The notes under the pieces are model-generated. The model was given only the letters and a program-made list of their open reading frames with translations. It was not told the DNA's origin and made no database searches. A stretch of 64,000 bases of DNA from Ignavibacteria bacterium UBA7675 (GTDB lineage: Bacteria; Bacteroidota; Ignavibacteria; Kapaibacteriales; UB7675), in contig DLHF01000072.1 of the NCBI GenBank assembly GCA_002483085.1, positions 28,310 through 92,309 of the forward strand, read 5' to 3'. Below, one piece after another: positions 20,083 to 30,069 of the stretch. Position 1 is the first letter of the stretch. Each line of letters opens with the position of its first letter. Position numbers and translations under genes: made by a program.

Positions 20083-21237
20083 CTACAGCGAGCCAAGCGC
20101 CTGCTCCACATCTGCCAGCATATCTTCCACATCTTCGATACCACACGACAGGCGTATAAGCCCATCGGTAATACCGAGTTCAGCGCGTGTTTCCGGTGGC
20201 ACACTGCCGTGCGTCATCGAGGCCGGGTGGCACACAAGAGACTCTACACCGCCGAGCGATTCAGCAAGAGTAAATATCCTGACAGCACGCGAAAAGGCAA
20301 GAGCCTTTTCCATCGAACCGAGTTCGATGGAGATCATACCACCAAAATTTCGCATCTGCTTTTTCGCGAGCTCGTGCTGTGGATGCGAGGCCAAGCCCGG
20401 ATAGTGAATAGCTTGCACTGCCGAATGCCCTTCGCAGAACTGCGCCACCTGCATAGCATTGCTGCAATGGCGATCCATACGCAAAGCAAGCGTCTTTACC
20501 GAGCGCAACAGCAGCCAGCACTCGAACGGACCGGGCACGGCACCTGTAGCATTTTGCAGAAACTTCAATTGCTCGGCAATGTCCTCCCTGTTCGTAGCTG
20601 CAATGCCGCTCACGAGGTCGGAGTGCCCACCGAGGTACTTGGTAGCCGAGTGCAGCACAATATGCGCTCCAAGAGCAAGAGGCTGCTGCAAATACGGACT
20701 CATAAACGTATTGTCCACCGTAAGCAGAATATCTTCCTGCCGGGCAATTTCTGCCAGAGCCGATAAATCGGTGAGCATCATCATCGGATTTGTAGGGCTT
20801 TCGGCATAGATCATCTTTGTATTTGGCTGCAGCGCCCGCACGACTTCCGACGCATCACTCATATCTACATACGTGAACGATACACCATAACGCCGCAGCA
20901 CTTTGTCGAACAGGCGAAATGTTCCGCCGTACATATCGCGGGCAGCTACCACGTGATCGCCGGACGACAGCAGACGCATCACTGTATCGAGCGTAGCCAT
21001 ACCGCTGCCAAAAGCAAAAGCAGCTATCCCCTGTTCAAGCGCCGCCAGATTTTTTTCCCAAGCAAACCGCGTAGGATTCTGCGTGCGCGCATACTCGAAG
21101 CCCTTGTGCTTGCCAATTTCTTCCTGCGCGTAAGTAGAGGTCTGGTACAGCGGCACAGTAACAGCACCAGTAAGCGGATCGGGCTCCTGACCAATGTGAA
21201 TTGCCTTCGTCGAAAATCCTTTATACGTCATACTCAT
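20083..21237 (-). CDS. PLP-dependent trans-sulfuration enzyme (cystathionine gamma-synthase / beta-lyase / gamma-lyase family)
   Basis: Full-length Cys/Met-metabolism PLP fold with the PLP-lysine motif SATKYLGGHSD. The specific activity cannot be assigned by eye. Confidence 0.85.
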   Translation of the reverse strand: MSMTYKGFSTKAIHIGQEPDPLTGAVTVPLYQTSTYAQEEIGKHKGFEYARTQNPTRFAWEKNLAALEQGIAAFAFGSGMATLDTVMRLLSSGDHVVAARDMYGGTFRLFDKVLRRYGVSFTYVDMSDASEVVRALQPNTKMIYAESPTNPMMMLTDLSALAEIARQEDILLTVDNTFMSPYLQQPLALGAHIVLHSATKYLGGHSDLVSGIAATNREDIAEQLKFLQNATGAVPGPFECWLLLRSVKTLALRMDRHCSNAMQVAQFCEGHSAVQAIHYPGLASHPQHELAKKQMRNFGGMISIELGSMEKALAFSRAVRIFTLAESLGGVESLVCHPASMTHGSVPPETRAELGITDGLIRLSCGIEDVEDMLADVEQALGSL

Positions 21238-21349
21238 CCTTCAACATAATAAATAGTAGTTCTGTCGCCCGGGAACAGGAGTCCAGGCGAATAGGTAGCT
21301 GTTATCAACAGCGGAAACCATTGCACACTGTGCAATACAGGCAGGGCGA

Positions 21350-22042
21350 TTAATCTTCTTCGAGCTCTTCGATGGCCTCGACAAGAGCAACACCGGAACT
21401 CGTTCCAAGGCGATCTGCGCCAGCATCTAATAGATCCAACGCCAAATCGATATCGCGAATACCACCCGATGCTTTGATGCGCACGCCCAAACCTACATAG
21501 CGCCTCATAAGCTCTATATCTTCCACGGTAGCTCCTCCCGAAGCAAACCCAGTCGATGTTTTGATAAACTCAGCTCCTGAATTCGTAACAATCTCGCAGG
21601 CTGTAATTTTCTGATCTTCGTTCAGAAGAGCAGTTTCTACAATCACCTTCACGATTGCGTCGCCCTTGCGCGCGGCATTGACAACCGATTCGATGTCGTA
21701 TTGTACTATTGCGAGTTCATCACCCAAGAGCGAGCCTATATTCAGCACCATGTCGAGTTCTGTAGCGCCATTGCGTATAGCCTCGCGTGCTTCCGCCACC
21801 TTTACTTCAGTAAAAGTTGCGCCGAGCGGAAATCCTATAACCGTGCACACCCTTACCATCGTGCCGATGAGATGCTTCGTTGCAAGTGCTGTAAACGCCG
21901 GGTTGACACACACCGAGTAGAAGCCGTAGTTGCGTGCTTCCTCACAGAGTTTGGCAATTGCCGCTGGCGTGGCATTGGATTTAAGAAGAGTATGATCGAT
22001 GCAGGAAGCAAGTTTTTGTTGTCTTTGCGTGAGCCTGATCAT
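21350..22042 (-). CDS. deoC: Deoxyribose-phosphate aldolase
   Basis: IDHTLLK, YSVCVNP and the Schiff-base region FIKTSTGF are classic DeoC motifs. Confidence 0.9.
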   Translation of the reverse strand: MIRLTQRQQKLASCIDHTLLKSNATPAAIAKLCEEARNYGFYSVCVNPAFTALATKHLIGTMVRVCTVIGFPLGATFTEVKVAEAREAIRNGATELDMVLNIGSLLGDELAIVQYDIESVVNAARKGDAIVKVIVETALLNEDQKITACEIVTNSGAEFIKTSTGFASGGATVEDIELMRRYVGLGVRIKASGGIRDIDLALDLLDAGADRLGTSSGVALVEAIEELEED

Positions 22043-22084
22043 GAATCTGCATGACTTAAGTCGAGAAATACTATTCCGGCGAAT

Positions 22085-23698
22085 TTATTGTACGTCTATG
22101 TCTTCTCCAAATATTTTAGGCACCTCGAACTGCGGATGTTTAAACGCCGAAAATAACTGGCCTACGCCAAGCACGATCTGGCCCAGTTTGCGCTCGTGAA
22201 AATTGTAGGGAATATCTATACGCATCATCACATATGGCCCTAATAGCTGGTCGTTGTGGATGCGTAGCCCCAAGCCCGCCGAATGGTACACCTGCGCCTG
22301 ATGTAGCTTGCTGCTCTGGTCCCATACAGTGCCGACATCGTAAAAGAGCGCGCCGGAGAATCGAAAGCTCATAAGGTCGAAATCAGGAAAGAAACGGTAT
22401 TCGAGATTGGCAAGGATACGGTTGTCGCCGGTGAGTTCGTTGGCATTGTATCCGCGCAGCCCGCTGTCGTTGTCGAGCACAAGCTGCCGAAATGCCGTCC
22501 AGTTCCATGCAGTTTGCTGGCGGATACGCGCAGTAAACAAGCTCCGTGGAGAAGTTCTGTAAAAAGCATGGCCGAGAAATTCCTGATATGTGTATCGCGG
22601 ATCGCTGCCCGCAAAGCCACTCCCTGCGCTTACCTGCCCGGATAAGTAGAGATTGCCTGTCATGACCGATTGCTCTACCTGACCACCAGCGTAATACAAC
22701 TGCTCACCGCCCGGACGAATCGGAACAATACGACCTAGAATAGCTGTCCCCCACGCTCCAGTCGACATGTGTTCCTCGCTTAAGGTATTCAGAAATTGCT
22801 CGGTGCGGAACACCTGCTTCACCGAAGAAAATCCCACCAGAATTTTAGCGGCGTTGTCCGTTGCCCGGCGGAAAACATGGTCGATCCTGTCAACATCAAG
22901 CGCAGACACATAGCCGGTGATAAAATATCTATCCCTGCGGGCAAAAGCATGAGAATACCAAAGTGTACCGCCTCGCTCCTGGAACGGCAGCAGCAGTACC
23001 GTATCCGGCTGGCCATAGTAGAAATCCGATCCAAATGCTCTTGTATAATCGCCGTAGTAAGCGCTGTGGGTACCCAATGTGCGAAACGGCTTCAGAATGT
23101 AGGCGTACTGGTCGGTGCGCGAATCGCTGGCTTTTAGCTTGCCGCCGATGTTATACTCTGAACGAAAAATACGCCTTTGCTCTATTGTTAGCTCTCCCTC
23201 CGGACCAATATCGTTCTCAGAGCGATTACCGCCGTAGATCGACAAGTGTGTGCCTACGCCTACAAGATTGAGCTCGCGAAATCCCACACCTATGTCTGTT
23301 GTGCCACCACCTGTCTGCGCTTTTATATACGGCATGGTCGTCCAGCGCTCCTGCGCTACGACATACAAATCCACATCAAAATCGTTGATTGTGTCGATCT
23401 CAACATGCACGTCCTTGAAAAATCCAGTGCCGAGCAGGTTTCTCTCAGTTTCACGCAGTAGCTCTTCATCGAGTAGTTCGCCCTCTTTAAACAATATCTC
23501 GTCGTCGATGACATACTCACGTGTATTGATATGCAGCGAGTTCAGCAGAGGGAAAACGAATAACTGTTCCTCTTCCTCCTTGCTAAATACCTCCTTCTGG
23601 TCGATATAGATCGAGCGAATGCGGTACTGAGCCGAAACAGTGACAGCAAAGGAGCAAAGTAGTGCGCCCATGAGGACGGCGCGGGCAGTTAATCTCAT
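22085..23698 (-). CDS. Omp85/BamA-family outer-membrane protein (single POTRA + surface-antigen barrel)
   Basis: From the internal Met at 23698: signal peptide MRLTARAVLMGALLCSFAVTVSAQ, a POTRA-like segment, then a barrel whose terminal strands (GLGLRIHN..., MRIDIPYNF) resemble the D15 family. Confidence 0.75.
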   Translation of the reverse strand: MRLTARAVLMGALLCSFAVTVSAQYRIRSIYIDQKEVFSKEEEEQLFVFPLLNSLHINTREYVIDDEILFKEGELLDEELLRETERNLLGTGFFKDVHVEIDTINDFDVDLYVVAQERWTTMPYIKAQTGGGTTDIGVGFRELNLVGVGTHLSIYGGNRSENDIGPEGELTIEQRRIFRSEYNIGGKLKASDSRTDQYAYILKPFRTLGTHSAYYGDYTRAFGSDFYYGQPDTVLLLPFQERGGTLWYSHAFARRDRYFITGYVSALDVDRIDHVFRRATDNAAKILVGFSSVKQVFRTEQFLNTLSEEHMSTGAWGTAILGRIVPIRPGGEQLYYAGGQVEQSVMTGNLYLSGQVSAGSGFAGSDPRYTYQEFLGHAFYRTSPRSLFTARIRQQTAWNWTAFRQLVLDNDSGLRGYNANELTGDNRILANLEYRFFPDFDLMSFRFSGALFYDVGTVWDQSSKLHQAQVYHSAGLGLRIHNDQLLGPYVMMRIDIPYNFHERKLGQIVLGVGQLFSAFKHPQFEVPKIFGEDIDVQ

Positions 23699-24019
23699 AC
23701 ACAGCTTACCATAAATTCGAGAGCACAAGCGCGGTAGATAGCCAAATGTACCGATACAGCGCTCCTGTAGAAACAGCGAAATTAGAGAAAATCCTCCAAA
23801 CTCCGAGCACCCATACAAAACAGCGCAGCAATCGCACTGCCACAGATAAGGAATGCCCATCCTGTCTATAACCCATTGACAGCTCTATTAGTGACGCCAA
23901 GGTACTATCCTCTTAAAAAATCATACAACTGATGTAAGGTATTTTTTAGTATCTTGCCGCGCAAAACCGGCGTACCGCACACCCGCTGTCGCCTTTCTAC
24001 GACCCGACATATTCCAACC

Positions 24020-25861
24020 ATGACTAGCTTCAGCATCGCCCGCCTTGCATTTGTCTTGCTCACAGTTATTTCTGTGTGGCAGTGCCCTCTTTACGCCGAG
24101 CACGATTTCGAGATAACAGAAACTATAGAGTTTTTTATTACCGGCAGTAAAACACAGGAATACAAAGCGTACTCGCTGCACAATTTCACGGCGACCTATC
24201 TATCGCAGCGCTCCATGGAGCACAACGTATTTACTATAGGGGAATCGTATTATCAAACCATCTCGCACATTGAAGCCGAGCAGGACGACGACCGCCTGCC
24301 GAAAAGCGCTTTCACCTATGAATACAACACGACAGACGCTTTTATCTCCGATTTCAAACAGCATAAGATCACATTTCCGAGAATAGTGCGTACAGGACAG
24401 TCAATAGCTTACAGTTTCCGACGCGACTACCGGAGTATTGAATTCATACCAATCCTGCATCTTGCCAATGTCGACTACATAAAAGAATTCAAAGTCGTTT
24501 TTCACCATCCCGCAGATGTCACCATTCATTTCGACACCTGGTTTCCTCGCACAGTTTTACCGTACTCCATCGACACAACCCAGCCGGAGCAAACAACGCT
24601 TACGTTCTCCGGTATCGAACGCAGCTTACCTCTGAAATACTTCCCTTTCAACGATGCGCAGGCATTTATTCGCTTGCAAATCGCAAGAGCAGACACCGAA
24701 CTCACTCCTTCGACTCCACCGGTATTCGCTGCTTGGTATCGCAATCTATTCGACCAGCAGCCAGCGCTCGACTCGGCGCACAACTCCTTGCTTTCCGAAA
24801 AGATTGCTTCGGCGCCGACTAAACGCGATAAAGTAGCCGCAATCCACGATTATGTTCGCAGTACCATCCGCTATGTAGCCGAAGAGCACGGTATGAATGC
24901 TATCGTACCGCGCCCGCCATCTACTGTACTGCACAGGGGATACGGCGACTGTAAAGACCGAGCTTTCCTTGTAGCCTCATTAGCTCGTAGATACGGAATA
25001 GATGGCGTCTTTATGGCATTGATCAATACATATCCTACTCCGGCTTTTACCGGAACTCATGTAAACCAGTTTAATCATGTGATCTGCGCTTTTGAGGAGA
25101 ATGGCAGGATAACATTTTTCGACCCAACTCATAAGTACAGCGAGTTTGGCAATACCCCCGAAAGCGATATCGACCGCCCGACTCTTGTGCTCAATCCCGC
25201 CAACGCGCGCGTGGTTGCCGTACCGCGCCAGAATACTTTACCCGCTGTGGAAGCAACGATATCAGCAGATATTAACTGGCCGGGTATAGCTACAGCAGTA
25301 ATTACGCTTCGCAATGGCGCCCTTGCTTCGGCTCTCCAAGCTATCGACAATAAACAGGGTATGGAGATAGAAAATTCGCTCTCTGCAATTGTCACACCCA
25401 ATTTTCACAAAATTGCTTTTGACAACTTCGTGCTGCAATCCCGCAGCGACACGGCGATAACGCTTACTGCCGACGCAAACCTTTCGTCGTTTATCATTGC
25501 TTCGCCGACCAAAAAATACATACCTCATCTGCCGTTCCGCACTGTGGACACAGAACTGATTGAGCGAGATCAAGATAGCCTCGACCTCTATCTCTCATTC
25601 CGCGATAATTACGCGCTTACAATCAATTTGGAAATAAAAGGATATGCATCCGAACCAGCACAAATAGCTATGGGCGATATGGCTACAACAGGATTCACAG
25701 CTTCAGCCCAGAAATCGGACTCTGGAATGGTGCTGAAATACCGCTATAGCCAGCACACAAAAGTATTCGCCCGCGAAAAGAAAAAAGAATTCATTTCCTT
25801 CTGCAAGGATGTGCTGAAAGCCAAAAAAAATATGTTTATCTTCACGAAAACAGAACCATGA
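24020..25861 (+). CDS. Transglutaminase-like protein (DUF3857 / TGase core / DUF3858-like architecture), module 1
   Basis: Has a signal peptide. The Cys-His-Asp TGase-core signature is GYGDCKDRAF ... FNHVICA ... FFDPT. Confidence 0.8.
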   Translation: MTSFSIARLAFVLLTVISVWQCPLYAEHDFEITETIEFFITGSKTQEYKAYSLHNFTATYLSQRSMEHNVFTIGESYYQTISHIEAEQDDDRLPKSAFTYEYNTTDAFISDFKQHKITFPRIVRTGQSIAYSFRRDYRSIEFIPILHLANVDYIKEFKVVFHHPADVTIHFDTWFPRTVLPYSIDTTQPEQTTLTFSGIERSLPLKYFPFNDAQAFIRLQIARADTELTPSTPPVFAAWYRNLFDQQPALDSAHNSLLSEKIASAPTKRDKVAAIHDYVRSTIRYVAEEHGMNAIVPRPPSTVLHRGYGDCKDRAFLVASLARRYGIDGVFMALINTYPTPAFTGTHVNQFNHVICAFEENGRITFFDPTHKYSEFGNTPESDIDRPTLVLNPANARVVAVPRQNTLPAVEATISADINWPGIATAVITLRNGALASALQAIDNKQGMEIENSLSAIVTPNFHKIAFDNFVLQSRSDTAITLTADANLSSFIIASPTKKYIPHLPFRTVDTELIERDQDSLDLYLSFRDNYALTINLEIKGYASEPAQIAMGDMATTGFTASAQKSDSGMVLKYRYSQHTKVFAREKKKEFISFCKDVLKAKKNMFIFTKTEP

Positions 25862-27804
25862 AACACCTGTACCTACTCCTGATCTGTGCCACTCTCCTCT
25901 CTTCCTGTGGCCAGTTTGCCGCTCCTACTACACACAGCCTTCCTACCCATCCCGACACGCTTGCAGCAATGAGGCTACAAACAGCCGGGTACGAAGAGCA
26001 ATACGCACGGTACGATGGCGTTTTTCTTATTTCAGACCAATTACACGATAGCCACTCCGCAGGATATACCAAGTGCACGAAGCTGTGCTATCTGGTGCTT
26101 AAGCCCGATAAAGAATGGCTTACTACGTTTAAGGTGAATACCGATGAAGGCGAACAACTGAGCGATGTGCATATTTCTATCGTAGCACCCGACGGTAGTG
26201 TGCGGACATTTGGCAAACAAGATCTGCACAGCGAAACGTCGTCGGATAAGTCTACCGTGTGGAAACTCGCCTATCCTAATATTTCCAAAGGAACAATCAT
26301 CGAGGAGAACTACGTTGTAGACCATCCCGGTCATATCGAATGGTCGCAGGATGTACCCCTGCAAATGACTCTGCCTTGCCAGAAAAAGCGCTTTGTCTAC
26401 AGCTATCCCAAATGGTGGGATGTACAGGTAAAAGCTAATGGTGAAGCAACTCCTGCATTCTACCAAACCGAATCCGACAGAGAAAAAAATAAGACGCTGT
26501 TTGTCTACGAAGAGAACATGGTGCAACCACGGGAATGGGAGCCGTATTCCCCGTATTTCAAAGAAGTAGGAAAGTACACCGAGATACTAGTGCACTCTAC
26601 CAATAAGCAGTACAGAAGCGTAAGCACCGATGAAGCATGGCGGTACTTTGCCAGCCACTACCGCAAACATGTCCTCGATAAGGAGTCGATGTGGTCGGGA
26701 AAAGTACGCTCTACCACCGAGGAAATCACCAAACAGTGCTCCACAAAAGTCCAAAAGCTCGAAGCAATTACTACCTATATCCAGCAGAATATAAGCATAG
26801 GTAAAAGCTCGGCAGACGACAATTTCTCGGACGTGTTGGAGAAAAAAGAAGCGACGCCCTACGTGAGCACAGCACTGGCAAAAAAAATGTTAGAGAAGCT
26901 AGAGATTCCCTCCGACTTTATCCTTATTCATTCCGCACGCGACGGGCACTTCGACATTAACTACGTTACCCCAGATCAGCTTTATATACCGGCGCTGTAT
27001 GTGGCTATCGACACTGAGCAATATGTAGTATTCCCCTACTACAAAAATGTGCCAATTGATCTGATCCCCGAGCCGTTCCAAAAGCAACAAGCGCTGCGCA
27101 TCAACGAAGATGGATATAATGGCTTTTTCATAACGCCAAAAGCGCGCGATATCGACAATACTACCGATGAGAAATACACGCTGACCATCGACGAAGAAGG
27201 AAAAATTAAAGTCGATGAAGAAAAAACGCTGCGCGGATTTACGGCCTACAGTGTCCGCGACCGGCTCGACAATATGAAGCCCGAAGAAGTCGAAAAAGAA
27301 ATGAAGGACATGCTCACCTACACCGAGGGCGATATCAAACTGCTTTCGCACGAAGTAATCAACCGCTCAAACCTCCGCGAGCCACTCGTGATAAAGCTCT
27401 CCTACGAAATCGACAACCTTGTCACCGTTACGCCCGAAGAAGTACTCTTCCAAACAGCAGGACTGCTTTCGCCAGCGTCGAGCTATATGCAAAAGGCAGA
27501 TACCGCCGAGCGCAGGACTCCTATTAAAGTGCGCTACACAGAAATGCTCAACAAAGACATTACCATCAACTACCCACAGAGCTGGAGCCTGACAACGGCG
27601 ATGGAAGGAAGAAAAATCGAAAATACCTTTGGTTCCGTAGAAAGCACAATAGAAATGGCGAGCGGAAAGTTGACCATTAAGCAGCAACGTATTCTGCTGA
27701 AAGCAGACGAATCGAAAACAAAGTACCGCGAACTACTGCGGATTATCGGCAAGAATTCGGGCATGGCTGTACCAACACTCATCTTCTCCGCACAAGGCTC
27801 GTAA
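25858..27804 (+). CDS. Lipoprotein, degenerate transglutaminase-fold paralog, module 1
   Basis: Lipobox LLSSC. The ATGA overlaps the upstream stop. It is collinear with 24020..25861, but the GDCKD and NH positions are replaced (ATPYVSTALAKKML, LYIPALYV). Confidence 0.7.
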   Translation: MKHLYLLLICATLLSSCGQFAAPTTHSLPTHPDTLAAMRLQTAGYEEQYARYDGVFLISDQLHDSHSAGYTKCTKLCYLVLKPDKEWLTTFKVNTDEGEQLSDVHISIVAPDGSVRTFGKQDLHSETSSDKSTVWKLAYPNISKGTIIEENYVVDHPGHIEWSQDVPLQMTLPCQKKRFVYSYPKWWDVQVKANGEATPAFYQTESDREKNKTLFVYEENMVQPREWEPYSPYFKEVGKYTEILVHSTNKQYRSVSTDEAWRYFASHYRKHVLDKESMWSGKVRSTTEEITKQCSTKVQKLEAITTYIQQNISIGKSSADDNFSDVLEKKEATPYVSTALAKKMLEKLEIPSDFILIHSARDGHFDINYVTPDQLYIPALYVAIDTEQYVVFPYYKNVPIDLIPEPFQKQQALRINEDGYNGFFITPKARDIDNTTDEKYTLTIDEEGKIKVDEEKTLRGFTAYSVRDRLDNMKPEEVEKEMKDMLTYTEGDIKLLSHEVINRSNLREPLVIKLSYEIDNLVTVTPEEVLFQTAGLLSPASSYMQKADTAERRTPIKVRYTEMLNKDITINYPQSWSLTTAMEGRKIENTFGSVESTIEMASGKLTIKQQRILLKADESKTKYRELLRIIGKNSGMAVPTLIFSAQGS

Positions 27805-27825
27805 AGGCAAAAATAGATAGAGCGA

Positions 27826-27990
27826 TGTGGCACGGGCAGCTCTGGTACGCGCGCCGCGTCGCTGTCACCGGTCGCACACCCGGTGTCGGTTGGCCAGAAG
27901 CTACGCGCCCCCAAAAGCGATGAAGCCTTAAAGCCACGCGGCAGATGTGCTGCGCGGTGCAGAGGCGAACAGTACGAACAGCCGATCCCG
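27826..27990 (-). repeat. Three-box intergenic repeat, copy 3 (complete, reverse orientation)
   Basis: tgtggcacgggc at 27826-27837, cgctgtcaccggtcgca at 27860-27876, and ccacgcggcagatgtgctgcgcggtgcagag at 27934-27964. Confidence 0.8.
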
Positions 27991-28215
27991 CGCAAAAAAA
28001 TCGTCTATGGCAGTCTATAGACTAAGGCTTCTCTACTCCCAACAGAATAGGACAACCTACTCCGCGTTGATGATTCGTGTGATGGAAAGCCTTCACACAA
28101 GAAAAGCACATACATCATAGCACAGATTCGTTGGCTGTGAAAATTATTGTTCATAATTTGCATGCGTCCCATAATAATACGCTGTATTTGTTTACCCCTC
28201 ACTCCTGCGATCATC

Positions 28216-30069
28216 ATGATTGACATTCCCTTGCGTCGGGCAATTCGCCTGGCACTCCTCTGGCTATTTGTTCCACTGTTGCCGGCATTTGGCTTTGCCG
28301 ATTATGTGGTACAAGAAGAACACGACTACGATATTAGTGCTACAAATCAGGATACGACAACACTCTATGAGCTTACATCGAGCCACAAGGTACGGACAAC
28401 GTACCTTTCGCGTCAATCGGTCACACAGCGTGTATTTAAAGTGGGTGAATCGTTCTTTAGCCCAATGCGCCGCCTGCAGGCTTTCCTCAACGATGTATCA
28501 GATCGCCGTATCACCATCAAACACGACTTTGAGCAACAACGCGATATTCTAACCTCTGATTACAAGATACATACGATTACGTATCCTGCTATCATCAAGC
28601 CCGGCGACATTGCGGAATACACCTATGAGCGCTCTTACAAGAGTATAAACTACTTCCCCTTGATCTCTGTATCGAATTGGGACTCGATCAGCACCTACAG
28701 AATTAGCATCCACCATCCCAAAGAGCTCCAGATTGACTTCGACGTATGGTTTCCAAGCCATAGAATTCCTTTTGAAATCGACAGCTCCGACCCTCAGACA
28801 ACGGTACTCATATTTTCAAAGGTCGGAGAATCTGCATTGATAGACGACCTGCCATTGGACCATACGCACGCCTATATACAAGTCATTCCCTCCTTGCAGA
28901 AGCAGCCGATTGTCGCTTCTACTCCTACGGCATTTGCACGCTGGTATCGCTCTTTGTTCGACCAGGAGCCGGTTGTTGAATCGCCTGAATTGGAGCACGT
29001 GAAAAAGCTCATAGAACCGCTGCACGACGACCGATCGCGGCTTGCAGCTCTCCACGACTATGTTCGGAAAAACATCCTCTATATAGCCGAAGAACATCAG
29101 CTCGGAGCCATCGTACCCCGCCCACCATCTACTGTGCTTACGCGCCAGTTCGGCGATTGCAAAGACCGCGCTTATCTTATCTATAGCCTCGCCAGATTTT
29201 TTGGTATCAAGAATGTCTATATGGCGCTCATCAACACCGAGGTTCGGCCTGCTTTCAAGGGGTGCCACATGTGGCAATACAACCACATGATATGTGCACT
29301 TGAAGAGAATGGACAGGTGTTATTTTTCGACCCAACCGATACATACACAGCATTTGGCGAGGTACCAGAACGCCTCATAGAACGGCCTGCATTTGTGCTC
29401 AATCCAGACAATCCGCGACACGTTACAGTACAGTCTACCAGCAGTGCGCCAACTCTCGACGCAACAATTACAGCATCGGTACAACATCCAGATCAAGCAC
29501 ATGCGCGCATCATCGTGCGTGGCAGCAATCTTTCCCGCGCCCAATGGCTTTTAGACAACTACACCATGGACAGAGTAAATACCGATATGTCTCAACATAT
29601 TGCAGAATACTTTCGAGCCATAGCCATTGGCAACCTCGCTGTTGTGATGCGAAGTGATACAGCCATCGAGTTCAGCGCAGATGTAGATTTGTCGCGATTC
29701 TTTCTTTCATCGCAAGCACAGGTATTTATTCCATCGGCCCCATTCCCACGCGTAAGAAATCAGTTTATCGACCGCTCCGAAGACTCGTTAGACATCAGCC
29801 TTTATGGCTGCGATAATATCGCTCTGGCTATTGTACTCACAGCACCGGGATATCGTGCAGAAGCTACCTCTGTTTCCCTTGGCGAAGGAACGCCCGGCAG
29901 CTTTACAGCAGCAGTAGCCAATGTGGAAGACCGCATAGAAATCCGCTATCGCTTTATCGAAAAGAAGCGTATTCTCAGCGGCGAAGAGAAACACGCTCAC
30001 ATGAAATTTTGCGTCGACTATCTCCAGCAAAAGAAAACTATGTTCACCCTTACCGGAGGCACACCGTGA
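28216..30069 (+). CDS. Transglutaminase-like protein, module 2 (paralog of 24020..25861)
   Basis: FGDCKDRAYL ... YNHMICA ... FFDPT. It aligns with module 1 along its whole length, at moderate identity by eye. Confidence 0.8.
   Translation: MIDIPLRRAIRLALLWLFVPLLPAFGFADYVVQEEHDYDISATNQDTTTLYELTSSHKVRTTYLSRQSVTQRVFKVGESFFSPMRRLQAFLNDVSDRRITIKHDFEQQRDILTSDYKIHTITYPAIIKPGDIAEYTYERSYKSINYFPLISVSNWDSISTYRISIHHPKELQIDFDVWFPSHRIPFEIDSSDPQTTVLIFSKVGESALIDDLPLDHTHAYIQVIPSLQKQPIVASTPTAFARWYRSLFDQEPVVESPELEHVKKLIEPLHDDRSRLAALHDYVRKNILYIAEEHQLGAIVPRPPSTVLTRQFGDCKDRAYLIYSLARFFGIKNVYMALINTEVRPAFKGCHMWQYNHMICALEENGQVLFFDPTDTYTAFGEVPERLIERPAFVLNPDNPRHVTVQSTSSAPTLDATITASVQHPDQAHARIIVRGSNLSRAQWLLDNYTMDRVNTDMSQHIAEYFRAIAIGNLAVVMRSDTAIEFSADVDLSRFFLSSQAQVFIPSAPFPRVRNQFIDRSEDSLDISLYGCDNIALAIVLTAPGYRAEATSVSLGEGTPGSFTAAVANVEDRIEIRYRFIEKKRILSGEEKHAHMKFCVDYLQQKKTMFTLTGGTP

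Noticed and set aside
21238-21349. Possible SAM or other riboswitch in the 112 nt leader of the Cys/Met PLP enzyme gene.
   Set aside because: The region has only short palindromes (ttgcacagtgtgcaa, gctgttatcaacagc). I could find none of the conserved SAM-I, SAM-II or SAM-SAH core sequences I know. It more likely serves as an intercistronic spacer in a deoC-metC-like operon.
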